This document shows positions 33,723-44,088 of a DNA stretch of 63,021 bases, in pieces. The stretch lies in contig CAMJYG010000003.1 in NCBI GenBank assembly GCA_946409935.1, forward strand, positions 1-63,021, written 5' to 3'. This stretch comes from an uncultured Clostridium sp. Lineage in GTDB: Bacteria; Bacillota; Clostridia; TANB77; CAG-508. Within the stretch, counting starts at the first letter, position 1. Each line of letters opens with the position of its first letter. Below the pieces are notes generated by a model. That model had not been told where the DNA came from. It saw only the letters and a program-made list of their open reading frames with translations, and made no database searches. The position numbers were made by a program, and so were the translations under genes.

Positions 33723-34544
33723 ATGAAAATATCAACAAATAGTGGAAATAATATGACACCACCACCTCCTCCACCAGTTGGAGGAAACAAAATGCCACCA
33801 CCTCCGATGGGAAACAATGTAACTCCCCCACCACCAATGGGAGGAAATACTGTGCCTACACCACCAAGTGGAAATAATTTAGGAAATACTCCACCACCTC
33901 CTATGAATAGCAGTAATACAGCACCTTCTGGAGTAGGAGCAAATATAGGAGGAACAAGTAAAAATAGCATAAGTTTACAAAAAGGGCAAAAAATAGATTT
34001 AACAAAAACAAATCCTGGATTAACCAAAATAATGATTGGATTAGGATGGGATACAAATAAGTATGATGGACAAGCTGATTTCGATTTAGATGCTTCTGCA
34101 TTTTTACTAGGAGCACAAGGAAAAGCTTTAGCAGATACTGATTTTATATTCTATAATAATCCTAAAGGAAGAAATGATTGCGTTGTTCATCAAGGAGATA
34201 ATATAACAGGTGAAGGTGAAGGCGATGATGAGCAAATCTTAGTTGATTTCTCTAAAGTACCACCAGAAATAGATAAAATAGCAATTACTGTTACAATATA
34301 TGATTATGAAAACAGAAAGCAATCGTTTGGACAGATTTCAAATGCTTTTGTAAGGGTTGTTGATAATAATACAAATCAAGAACTAGTAAGATATGACCTA
34401 GGAGAAGATTTTAGCATTGAAACTGCAATAATAGTTTGTGAAATATACAGAAATAATGGAGAATGGAAATTTAGTGCAATAGGTTCGGGTTTTTCCGGAG
34501 GACTTGGAGCATTATGTGCAAATTATGGCTTACAAGCTAATTAA
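33723..34544 (+). CDS. TerD family protein with proline-rich N-terminal extension
   Basis: Five poly-Pro repeats, then [10 protein letters not shown]...[13 protein letters not shown]. Confidence 0.92.
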   Translation: MKISTNSGNNMTPPPPPPVGGNKMPPPPMGNNVTPPPPMGGNTVPTPPSGNNLGNTPPPPMNSSNTAPSGVGANIGGTSKNSISLQKGQKIDLTKTNPGLTKIMIGLGWDTNKYDGQADFDLDASAFLLGAQGKALADTDFIFYNNPKGRNDCVVHQGDNITGEGEGDDEQILVDFSKVPPEIDKIAITVTIYDYENRKQSFGQISNAFVRVVDNNTNQELVRYDLGEDFSIETAIIVCEIYRNNGEWKFSAIGSGFSGGLGALCANYGLQAN

Positions 34545-34687
34545 TAGTGTAATGGGAAGTAGGTCTTTCCATATTTTCTAAAATAGGAAAGTGACCTTTT
34601 CATATTTTAGAAAAAGGGCCTTGCCCTATATAGAGTTAATATTTATGAATTAAGGTACATCTTCTTTGCTGAATTTTGTACCTTATT

Positions 34688-34881
34688 GTTCTACAATAGG
34701 AAAGTCATACTGACTTTTCTATTGTAGAACAGGCTACGCCTAAGTTTGTACAGAAATTTTCTGACGAAAATTTCGCACCAGAACAAATTAACGGAAAGCT
34801 TTACTATTTATAATTTGTTGCTAATTAGAATTTATAGTTTAAAATAACATACTACAAGTTTATTAGCTTTCCGATTTGTTC
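34688..34881. repeat. Family C modular palindromic element
   Basis: Modules 34688-34740 and 34781-34881 recur as reverse complements at 59131-59280. Confidence 0.9.
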
Positions 34882-34955
34882 TGCAAAGAAATTCTAAAAA
34901 GTATGTAAGTAAGGCAGGTTTAAAAAGTGCATAAAGAAAGGAATGGGAGTTTAAA

Positions 34956-36002
34956 ATGAAATATTCATATACACAAGAAATAGAATTAGCAGAAGAACCC
35001 AAAATAAATTGGAATAAAAATACTGAAAAGGATATTTTAAAATATGCATTAGGTGGTTTATTATATATGCCTGCCACAAATGTAAAAATAGTAGATGATA
35101 TATTAAATAAAAGATTTTTTTATTTAAAATCATTTGTGCTATGTTTAGAAGATTCTATAGCAGATTCAATGGTTGAAAAAGCTGAAAAGTGTGTTGGAGA
35201 TATTTTACAAAGACTAACGCAAGCAATAGAAAATAATGTGATTTCAATAGATGAAATACCATTGATTTTTATTAGAGTAAGAAATATTGGGCAAATGACA
35301 AAACTTTACAATATGTATAGTAAATATTTAAATATAATAACAGGATTTATATGGCCTAAATTTGACAAAAACAATGCAGAACAATACATAGAAGAATTTA
35401 AACAATTACTGAATAAGGTAGATTTTAAATTATATGGAATGCCTATTTTAGAAAGTAAAGGCATAATGTACAAGCAAAATAGAATAGATAATTTAGAAGA
35501 AATTAGAAGAGTTTTAAATCCTGTATATGATAACATAATTGGAATTCGAGTTGGTGGAGCAGATTTATGTAATATTTTTGGATTAAGAAGAGATGTAGAT
35601 TGCACAATTTGGAATGTAAATGTTGTTGCGGATTGTCTAGCAGATATTATAAATGAATTTTCGCGTGATTATATTGTATCTGGTCCGATATGGGAGTATT
35701 TTGAAGATAACAATAGTGATAAGTGGATAACTGGCTTAAAAAAAGAGCAAAGATTAGATATGATGAATGGATTTATAGGAAAAGATTCAATTCATCCATC
35801 TCAATTAAAAATCATACAAGAAAATCTTATAGTATCTTATGAAAATTATATAGATGCTTTAAAAATTTTAAATATGGATAAAAACACAGGTGTTGAAAAA
35901 GGATATGGTAAAGCTAAAATGAATGAAGTGAAAACACATACTAATTGGGCTAGAAAGATTTTAAGTTTAGCAAATATTTATGGAGTAGGGGTTGAAAAAT
36001 AA
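34956..36002 (+). CDS. HpcH/HpaI aldolase/citrate lyase family protein (Ter-associated)
   Basis: YALGGLLYMPAT, LCLEDSI, FIRVR, RVGGADL, SGPIWEYF, IHPSQ. Confidence 0.9.
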   Translation: MKYSYTQEIELAEEPKINWNKNTEKDILKYALGGLLYMPATNVKIVDDILNKRFFYLKSFVLCLEDSIADSMVEKAEKCVGDILQRLTQAIENNVISIDEIPLIFIRVRNIGQMTKLYNMYSKYLNIITGFIWPKFDKNNAEQYIEEFKQLLNKVDFKLYGMPILESKGIMYKQNRIDNLEEIRRVLNPVYDNIIGIRVGGADLCNIFGLRRDVDCTIWNVNVVADCLADIINEFSRDYIVSGPIWEYFEDNNSDKWITGLKKEQRLDMMNGFIGKDSIHPSQLKIIQENLIVSYENYIDALKILNMDKNTGVEKGYGKAKMNEVKTHTNWARKILSLANIYGVGVEK

Positions 36003-36029
36003 TTGTCAAAATTTAATTCTTTTCCAACC
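35990..36029. repeat. Family A element, 40-bp internally deleted form
   Basis: GGTTGAAAAATAATT joined to GTCAAAATTTAATTCTTTTCCAACC; supplies the upstream stop codon. Confidence 0.85.
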
Positions 36030-36063
36030 AAATTTGTGCCTTAAGAAAGGAAAGAAAGAAAAA

Positions 36064-37245
36064 ATGAATAACAACATAGAAAATTTTGTAGAAATTATTG
36101 AAAATAAAAGTAAAAAACATACAATAGAGGAAATGATATGTGTATGCAAAAGAATAAAAAATCCCAAAAGAGATTATCTATTTATAAATAAATATCAAGG
36201 AAATGATGTACCTCAAAATCCAAGTAAGGTTTTTGAAATGTATGATGAATTTGTAGATAATATAGCTGTAACAGACGAAAAGATTGCAATAATTGGCTTT
36301 GCAGAGACAGCAACAGCTATAGGAAATTATGTAGCAGCAAAACTTCCAAATTGTATATATGAAATGCAAACTACAAGAGAAGATTTGTTAAACGAAGAAC
36401 CAATTATAGAATTCTTTGAAGAACACAGCCATGCAAAACAACAATTATTATATGGAAGAAAAGAATTCTTTAAAAATATAGATAGAGTTATGTTTGTAGA
36501 AGATGAAATAACAACAGGACATACAATTCTAAATGCTGTAAATCAATTAAAAAGTATAAATCCAAATTTAAAATATTCTGTAGCATCAATTTTAAATTGG
36601 CAAGATGAAGAATCAGAAAAAAAATACAAAGAATTGGGAATAGATACATATTGTTTAATAAAGGGAAAAATAAAAGATGTTAATGCAAAAGTAGATATGA
36701 CACCTATAGAAGAATCTAAAAATGAAAAAATAGCAGATAAAGATATAACATGTACAAATATAAAATGCGAGTTATGTAATTCCAAAGAAAATAGAATCAG
36801 AACACATCTGCAAAAAGATGTAGATGAATATAGCAAATATATTTTTGACATAATATCTGAAAAATCAAAATTAGCTAAAGACATAAAAAATATAGAAAAT
36901 AAAAATGTACTTGTTGTTGGTACAGAAGAGTTTATGTATGAACCTATGTTATTTGCGAGTTATTTAGAAAAAAATACAAAAAATAATATTAAATATTGTG
37001 CAACTACAAGAAAACCAATAGAAGTTTCAAACGAAAGCAATTATATTTTAAATACAAGAAATAAATTGAGTAGTGCTTATGATGAACAAAGAACAACATA
37101 TTTTTATAATCTAGAAAAAAGTGATTACGTTTTTATTATTGCAGATAATATTGTAAAAGAACAATTTTGTAAAGATATTGCTAATATTTTTTATAATAAA
37201 GGATATGACCTTGACAAAGTTGAAATAGTAAGCTTACATTTTTAA
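36064..37245 (+). CDS. Ter-associated phosphoribosyltransferase (PRTase + TRSP-like)
   Basis: NPKRDYL, IGFAETATAIG, EEHSHA, VEDEITTG, GTEEFMY, TTR. Confidence 0.88.
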   Translation: MNNNIENFVEIIENKSKKHTIEEMICVCKRIKNPKRDYLFINKYQGNDVPQNPSKVFEMYDEFVDNIAVTDEKIAIIGFAETATAIGNYVAAKLPNCIYEMQTTREDLLNEEPIIEFFEEHSHAKQQLLYGRKEFFKNIDRVMFVEDEITTGHTILNAVNQLKSINPNLKYSVASILNWQDEESEKKYKELGIDTYCLIKGKIKDVNAKVDMTPIEESKNEKIADKDITCTNIKCELCNSKENRIRTHLQKDVDEYSKYIFDIISEKSKLAKDIKNIENKNVLVVGTEEFMYEPMLFASYLEKNTKNNIKYCATTRKPIEVSNESNYILNTRNKLSSAYDEQRTTYFYNLEKSDYVFIIADNIVKEQFCKDIANIFYNKGYDLDKVEIVSLHF

Positions 37246-37360
37246 CTTGCTTATTTTCAATTCGCTTTTTTCAAATTATTTTAAATTTATAATGAGCTAG
37301 GGAAGAGTATTAACTAATTTGAATTTGATTTTTAAAAAAGTAGCATAAAAAGGAGAAAAA

Positions 37361-38137
37361 ATGATTTTTGCAACAGATTTAGATAAAACATTAATTTACT
37401 ATAAAACATATGTAAATGAAGACATAATGAATAAAGTTCAACTAATTGAAACCAGAGAACAGGATCCGATATGTTATATTTCTAAAAAAGCCAAGAGTGA
37501 ATTAGAAAAAATAAATAAAAGAATAAATGTAATTCCAACAACTACAAGGTCAATAGAAGAATTTTATAACATAAAAACATTTGAATATTGTAAATATGCA
37601 ATTGTTTCAAATGGTGGAACAATTCTTGAAAATAGAAGAATAATGCCAGAATGGGAAGAACATATAAATGCAATATTAAATAATTATAAAGATGAGTTCA
37701 ACAATTTAATAGATTTAGTTATAAAAAGCGGATTGGCAACCTCGAAACCAGAGGTTAGAGATAATGTATATGTTTTTTCTAGAATTGAAGACAAAGAAAA
37801 ATGTTTAGATTTTTTAGAAGGAAAAATAAATACAGATAAATGGAATTATTGTGTTCAAGGAAAAAAGTTATTTATTATTCCTAAAGTAATTACAAAATCT
37901 AATGCAGTAAAATTCCTAAAGAATAAACTAAAATCAAATTATTTAATTGCTGCTGGTGATAGTCTAATGGATAAGGATATGTTAGATATTGCAGATTTAC
38001 CAATAATCCCAAGACATGGAGAATTATTTAAAGAATTTAATTATCAAAAAGATAATATGTATACAACCAAAGAGGGGATTTTTGCAGCAGATGATATTGT
38101 TCAAAAAGTTAGTGAAGTTATAAGCAAAGAAATTTAA
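37361..38137 (+). CDS. HAD-superfamily hydrolase
   Basis: DLDKTL, TTRS, SNGG, AGDSLMD. Confidence 0.9.
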   Translation: MIFATDLDKTLIYYKTYVNEDIMNKVQLIETREQDPICYISKKAKSELEKINKRINVIPTTTRSIEEFYNIKTFEYCKYAIVSNGGTILENRRIMPEWEEHINAILNNYKDEFNNLIDLVIKSGLATSKPEVRDNVYVFSRIEDKEKCLDFLEGKINTDKWNYCVQGKKLFIIPKVITKSNAVKFLKNKLKSNYLIAAGDSLMDKDMLDIADLPIIPRHGELFKEFNYQKDNMYTTKEGIFAADDIVQKVSEVISKEI

Positions 38138-38226
38138 AATATTACATGTTAGTCTCAAAATAAAAAATGTATATTTTTAAATTTAATATATGCAGAATAG
38201 ACTTGCAATTGTAAAATAGTAAAGGA

Positions 38227-39267
38227 ATGGAATATTTAATGAAAACCTCATATAAAAAAACAGACGTAGAACTTTTATTAACAGATTTAACAGATGAAGT
38301 TAATCCAATAACAATAGAAGAAAAAAAACAAATGGAAATGCAGGGAAAAGATGTTACAGATATAATTACAGATGAATTTCCGATAGATAAAAAATATTTT
38401 GATATATGCTTAGAAACAACTCCTATGTATGCAAAGCAAACAGCAGTTGCAGTAGGAAATCTTGCTGAACAAATTTACAATATAAAAAAAGAAAATATAG
38501 TTTTAGTAAGTATTTTAAGAGCTGGAACTTTAATTGGAATTTTAGTAAAAAGATATTTAAAAAATAAATATAATATCGATGTATTTCATTATTCGATATC
38601 AATGCCTAGTGATAATAATCAAAATGAAATAAAATTCATATTGAATAAACATAAACCTCAAGATATTGTTTTTGTAGACAGTTGGACTGGAAAAGGAACT
38701 GCGACAAATAAAATAAAAAAATTTGCACAGCAAATTGATGGCTTATGTCCCGATTTAGCAGTATTATCAGATTCAATAAATATTTGTAGATTCTGTGGAG
38801 TAAGAGAAGATATTGCAATACCTCAAGCGCCTTTTAATGCATGTATTACAGGTTTAATAGGTGCACCTATAAATAATTCTAAATATTTAATGGATGAGGA
38901 TTTTGCAGGTTCTATATATTTAAAAGAATTGGAAAGAATTGATGTAACAAATTGGTACATCAATTTGATTGAACAAAATTTTGATTATAAATTATGCAAT
39001 AGTGACAATTATCAAGAAAATTTAAATTCAAAAGAAGAATTAAGTGAAATTTGTTCAAAATATAAAATAGAACTAAAAGATTTGAATCCGGGAATTAATG
39101 AAGCTGGAAGGGCCTTACTTAGAAGAAATCTAAAAAAATTGCTAGTAAAAGATAAAAATGATATTCAAGTTATGCAAATAAAGAGGATTGCAGAGCTTAA
39201 AGGAATTGAAGTAGAAGAATATGATTTTAAGTATTATAGGGCTGCTTCAATTGCATATTCAGAGTAG
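38227..39267 (+). CDS. StiP-like cysteine protease/PELOTA-domain protein
   Basis: SYKKTDVELLL, LVSILRAGT, FVDSWTGKG, PGINEAGRALLRR. Confidence 0.82.
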   Translation: MEYLMKTSYKKTDVELLLTDLTDEVNPITIEEKKQMEMQGKDVTDIITDEFPIDKKYFDICLETTPMYAKQTAVAVGNLAEQIYNIKKENIVLVSILRAGTLIGILVKRYLKNKYNIDVFHYSISMPSDNNQNEIKFILNKHKPQDIVFVDSWTGKGTATNKIKKFAQQIDGLCPDLAVLSDSINICRFCGVREDIAIPQAPFNACITGLIGAPINNSKYLMDEDFAGSIYLKELERIDVTNWYINLIEQNFDYKLCNSDNYQENLNSKEELSEICSKYKIELKDLNPGINEAGRALLRRNLKKLLVKDKNDIQVMQIKRIAELKGIEVEEYDFKYYRAASIAYSE

Positions 39268-39389
39268 GGGTGAAAAATTTAATTCTTTTTCAACCGGTTT
39301 TGTACTTTATAAAGGAATGATAGTAAAAATGAAAAATGCTAAAATTTAGGAAAGCAAGAGTTCATAGAACAATCAAGAAAGGAATGTAT

Positions 39390-40382
39390 ATGTACATGAA
39401 ATCAAGTTATAGAAAAGAAGATGTAGAAATTCTTTTAACAGATGTAACAGATGAAATTAATAGTATGTCTGAAACAGAAAGGGCAAAAGTCGGATATACA
39501 GAAGAATATGAAATGTCGGAAGAATATTTAAACCTATGTAAAGAACTAGGACAAAAATATATAAGGCAAACAGCAATTGCAGTTGGAAATTTAGCAGAAC
39601 AGTTATATAAATACAAATCACAGGATGTGGTTTTAGTAAGTATTGTAAGGTCGGGTATTCCAATTGGAATATTAGTAAAACGATATTTGCAAAACAAATA
39701 CAAAAAAAATATATATCATTATGCTATATCAATAAAAGAAGGAATAGATAAAACTGCAATGGATTATATAATGTCAAAACATAATGTAAAAGATATTCAA
39801 TTTGTAGATAGTTGGACCGGAAAAGGAACTGTAGCAAGAACTATAAAAGAGTCAGCCCAAAATTTTGAAGGTCTTGATCCAAGTTTAGCGGTTTTATCAG
39901 ATTGTCTTAATATAACTAAATATTGTGGAATTAGAGAAGATATTGCAATTCCACAAGCTCCAATAAATGCGTGTATTACAGGAATTGTGAGTGTACCAGT
40001 TATTCAAAAAGATAAAAATAAATTTGATGGAGCTACTTACTTAGAAGAGCTAGAAAGCAAAGATTTTTCGAAAGAATATGTTGACTTAGTAGAAAAGGAA
40101 TTTGATTATAATTGTAACGCAGATGGTTTTAAAAATGATTTACAAGAATATGAGGAAGTAAGAGATATTGCAGCAAAATTTAATGTAGATACATCAAAAA
40201 TAAATCCTGGAATAAATGAAGCAGCTAGGGCGATTTTAAGAAGAAAAGTTGATACTATCCTTGTAAAAGATAAAAATGATGCTCAACTTAGTGAAATTAT
40301 TGAACTTGCTAATTTAAAAAAAATAAGAATACAAGAATATGAACTCAAGTATTATAGGGCTTTGAGTATTGCGATAGATTAG
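39390..40382 (+). CDS. StiP-like cysteine protease/PELOTA-domain protein, paralog 2
   Basis: Same motifs (FVDSWTGKG, REDIAIPQAP, PGINEAARAILRR); exact start uncertain. Confidence 0.82.
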   Translation: MYMKSSYRKEDVEILLTDVTDEINSMSETERAKVGYTEEYEMSEEYLNLCKELGQKYIRQTAIAVGNLAEQLYKYKSQDVVLVSIVRSGIPIGILVKRYLQNKYKKNIYHYAISIKEGIDKTAMDYIMSKHNVKDIQFVDSWTGKGTVARTIKESAQNFEGLDPSLAVLSDCLNITKYCGIREDIAIPQAPINACITGIVSVPVIQKDKNKFDGATYLEELESKDFSKEYVDLVEKEFDYNCNADGFKNDLQEYEEVRDIAAKFNVDTSKINPGINEAARAILRRKVDTILVKDKNDAQLSEIIELANLKKIRIQEYELKYYRALSIAID

Positions 40383-40462
40383 AAAAAACGATTTTGTTGA
40401 AAAAATAATTGGCATATTCTTTTTCAACGATGTGTGTGCTTTAAAAGTGAAATGAGAAAGGA

Positions 40463-41389
40463 ATGAAATTTAAAATGGAAGAAAAGAAAAATGGAAAAAA
40501 AGTTATTCTAGTTTTTTCAGATATTGATGGAACGCTTATACAAAAAGCAAAAGAAGGAGATAATGTAGAAGGGTTAGTACCAGTTTCAAAAACAAAATAT
40601 GGATGTAGCTATATGACTGCTGAACAAATTAAAAATTTACAACAGTTAGATAATGAAATTGAAATTGTATTAACAACAAGTAGAGGCTTGGAATCTTATG
40701 AAACTATACATTTTGGATTTACTCCTGAACATGTTTTAATAGAAAGTGGAAGTGTTCTTATTACAGAAGGTAAAAAAGATGAACAATGGGATAATCAAGT
40801 AAAAGAAGATATAATGGGTGAAGATTTCAAATTATTACAGAAAATAAAAGAGATAGTTTGTAGCTCAGGATATTCTATGAAATACGAAAAAAATGAATAT
40901 TTATTAGATTTTGTTGATAAAGAATATTTAGAAGAAAAGAATGAAGATAAAAAACAAACTAAATTTGATACTCTTCAAAAGAAACTTTTAGGAGATCCAG
41001 AAATAGGAAATAAATTTATTTGTTATTCCCATAATAATGGTTTAACAGTTGTTTACAAAGGTTTAGATAAAGGCGAAATGATAGAAAGATATAAACAAAG
41101 AATCAAAAAAGAATATGGAATTAGTGATGAAGATTTGTTTACAGTTTCAATGGGAGATTCTGCAGCAGATAGTACAATGTTTAAAATTACTGATTATAGT
41201 TTTGGAACAAAAGGAAGCGGAGCAACTTTTGAATATGAAATTTCAAAAACATTAGAATCAAAACTTGGATTTACTGATTTTATTTTTAAAGGATTAAAAG
41301 AGTTAATAAAAAGAATAAGAAATGACGAAAAAACAAAAAATGGTGATTCAGTAGTAAATAAATATGCTCCTGATGATGCAGAGTTATAG
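40463..41389 (+). CDS. HAD-superfamily hydrolase
   Basis: FSDIDGTL, TTSR, K, MGDSAAD. Confidence 0.85.
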   Translation: MKFKMEEKKNGKKVILVFSDIDGTLIQKAKEGDNVEGLVPVSKTKYGCSYMTAEQIKNLQQLDNEIEIVLTTSRGLESYETIHFGFTPEHVLIESGSVLITEGKKDEQWDNQVKEDIMGEDFKLLQKIKEIVCSSGYSMKYEKNEYLLDFVDKEYLEEKNEDKKQTKFDTLQKKLLGDPEIGNKFICYSHNNGLTVVYKGLDKGEMIERYKQRIKKEYGISDEDLFTVSMGDSAADSTMFKITDYSFGTKGSGATFEYEISKTLESKLGFTDFIFKGLKELIKRIRNDEKTKNGDSVVNKYAPDDAEL

Positions 41390-41459
41390 TTTTAGTTTTT
41401 GTTGCTAATGCTAATTATATAAGCAGACATTTGGTTAAAGGAAAAAGGAAGGTGATTAA

Positions 41460-41584
41460 GGTTGAAAAATAATTAGAATTTTGACTGCGTTATATTATAT
41501 TTAAAACGCGGTTACATACACAAAGTATGCGCCCTTGCCTTTTAAATATAATATGCCTTGTCAAAATTTAATTCTTTTCCAACC
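41460..41584. repeat. Family A 125-bp palindromic element
   Basis: Identical to 42626-42750. Confidence 0.95.
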
Positions 41585-41618
41585 TGATTTGTGCCTTGAG
41601 AAAGGAATGATAGTAAAA

Positions 41619-42642
41619 ATGGAAAACAACATTCGGACCAACACCTGCTGGTGAAGCCTTTTTCGATAATGAAAGAGGTGTTTGGCTACAAGATTATAAC
41701 ATTTGGGATGGCACTTCTACAAAAGTTGTAAGATATATGTACAATGGAACTCAGTGGGTAGAAGATTTACAAGTAGAAAATATGCAAAATACTTCAAATT
41801 CACAAAATTATACTAGTAATCAAGTAAATTCAAATTCTCAAAATACTACAAATACTCAAAGTAGTAATGAAAAAGAACTTGAAATAAAATTAACAAAAGA
41901 TATCCCAAATACTACAGCAGGGATTAGCCTAAAAAAGTCAGTTATCAATTTAAATAAATCACTTATAGATTTAAGCAAAAAAACAGGTATAAATTTAGGA
42001 AATCATAGAGCAAGAGTAGCAGTTGTAATGGATTATTCTGGTTCAATGAGAAGATTATACACAAGTGGAGCTGTTCAAAGAGTTTTAACAAGATTAATGC
42101 CTTTAGCACTAAGATTTGACGATAATGGAGAATTAGATATTTGGTTATTTAATCAAACATATAAGTCAATACCATCAATGACTTTACAAAATTTTGAAAA
42201 TTATGTTGAAGAAGTAGCAAATAAATCTGGATTTTCATTTGGAGGGACAAGCTATGCACCAGTATTAGAAGATGTTTTAAATAATTACTTTGGAAAAAAA
42301 TTATCAGGTTTCTTAGGAGGTTTATTTAAAAAACAAAATACTCAAGGACAAGAAGAGCCACCTGTATTTGTAATATTTATTACAGATGGTGCTAATAGTG
42401 ATAGAGGTGCTACAAATGAAGTTATTAGGAAATCTGCTGAACAGAAAATATTTATACAATTTGTAGGTATTGGAGATGAAGAATTTGAATATTTACAAAA
42501 GTTAGATGATTTAAAAGATAGACCAGTAGATAATACAGGATTCATAAAAGTACAAGACTTTGAAAATTTAGAAGATGAAGAGGTATATAATATGCTTCTT
42601 AGTCAATATCCAGAATGGTTAAAGGGGTTGAAAAATAATTAG
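41619..42642 (+). CDS. Ter-associated VWA-domain protein, ~340 aa, joined by +1 shift at CGG 41634
   Basis: MIDAS DYSGSM, GGTSY, FITDG, FVGIG; RBS precedes ATG 41619; skipping C opens the frame into ORF 41737. Confidence 0.85.
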
Positions 42643-42750
42643 AATTTTGACTGCGTTATATTATATTTAAAACGCGGTTACATACACAAAGTATGCGCCC
42701 TTGCCTTTTAAATATAATATGCCTTGTCAAAATTTAATTCTTTTCCAACC
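42626..42750. repeat. Family A 125-bp palindromic element
   Basis: Identical to 41460-41584; overlaps the VWA stop codon. Confidence 0.95.
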
Positions 42751-42917
42751 TAATTGGAGTTAGAAAAGAATTATTATAAAAATAAAAAATTTATATAAAT
42801 TAAGCTTGAATACAAAACCTAAATTCATCTTAAAATAATGAAGTTATTAATATTAAAAATAATATAAAAGAGATTTGTAGTAAACTAATTAAATCTTTTT
42901 AAAAGGAGGAATTAAAT

Positions 42918-43763
42918 ATGCAATATAATGCAGTTGGAACAAGAGAAAATATTAAAGTAATAGGTAGTGAATCTTTTGGAGGAATGAGAGTAGATGTCCT
43001 ACAATATGAAGAATTAAGAGGAATGAATGATACAACAATGGCAAAAGACTTATGGTTTATGAAACAAGAAAACATGAAAGTTAAACAAATTGCAGTTTAC
43101 CTAGAAAATGATGGATGTAAAGTAGAACCAGGAGCAATGAGCTATTTCCAAGGAAACTTAGAAATGGTATCTGGAATGACATTAGGAAATGCTGTAGGAA
43201 AATTCTTTTCTGGAGCTGTTACAGGGGAAAGAGCTGCACAACCAGAATATAAAGGAACAGGAATGGTAGTTTTAGAGCCATCATTCAAACATTTTATAAC
43301 ATTAACATTAGATCCAGGAGAAAGCATAATAGTAGATAAAGGAATGTTCTATTGTGCACAATCAAGTGTTACAGTAAGACCAATAATGAACAAAACTATT
43401 TCTTCTGCATTATTAGGTGGAGAAGGTATATTCCAACAAGAATTGGTAGGACCAGGTCTAGTAGTATTAGAATCACTTGTTCCAAGTGAAGAAATTGACA
43501 TAATAGAAATGAAAAATGATGTTCTTAGAGTTGATGGTAACTTTGCAGTATTAAGAACAGGAAACATAGACTTCACAGTTGAAAGATCTGCAAAAACTTT
43601 AGTTGGTTCAGCAGTTAGTGGAGAAGGTCTAGTAAATGTATATAGAGGTACTGGACAAATATGGCTTGCTCCAACAATTAAGGTTTATAATTATTTAAAA
43701 GCAGCAAGATATATGGGAGTGTCAAATCTTAATAGCTTAAGTATGAATACAAGTAGATCATAA
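42918..43763 (+). CDS. AIM24 family protein
   Basis: EPGAMSY, GGEGIF, GPGLVVLES, VDGN, SGEGLVNVYRGTG. Confidence 0.88.
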   Translation: MQYNAVGTRENIKVIGSESFGGMRVDVLQYEELRGMNDTTMAKDLWFMKQENMKVKQIAVYLENDGCKVEPGAMSYFQGNLEMVSGMTLGNAVGKFFSGAVTGERAAQPEYKGTGMVVLEPSFKHFITLTLDPGESIIVDKGMFYCAQSSVTVRPIMNKTISSALLGGEGIFQQELVGPGLVVLESLVPSEEIDIIEMKNDVLRVDGNFAVLRTGNIDFTVERSAKTLVGSAVSGEGLVNVYRGTGQIWLAPTIKVYNYLKAARYMGVSNLNSLSMNTSRS

Positions 43764-43782
43764 GATTCTTAAATTAAATGAA

Positions 43783-44047
43783 TTACAGTTCAGTAACTTA
43801 AAAGTTCATTATCCTGCTTAAAGTGATTAATATATAAAATATTTTTCGAATAATCTCGGCTACCTTACATTTAACACTAAAAACTTCTAAATAATTTTGA
43901 AAGCACCCTCAAAGACAAGCTTTGAGATTCCCTTTCAAAATTATTAAGAATTTTTAAGTTATTCCAGTCGCATTCGATTAATTCTCAAAATATTTTATAT
44001 ATTAATCACTTGCACGGAATTCAAGATATAGTGTTACTGAACTGTAA
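43783..44047. repeat. Family B ~265-bp rod-like palindromic element
   Basis: TTACAGTTCAGTAAC...GTTACTGAACTGTAA; homologous to 11851-12110. Confidence 0.9.
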
Positions 44048-44088
44048 CTAATATTATTATTCACATTAGAAGGGAGAGTTAATAGGAC

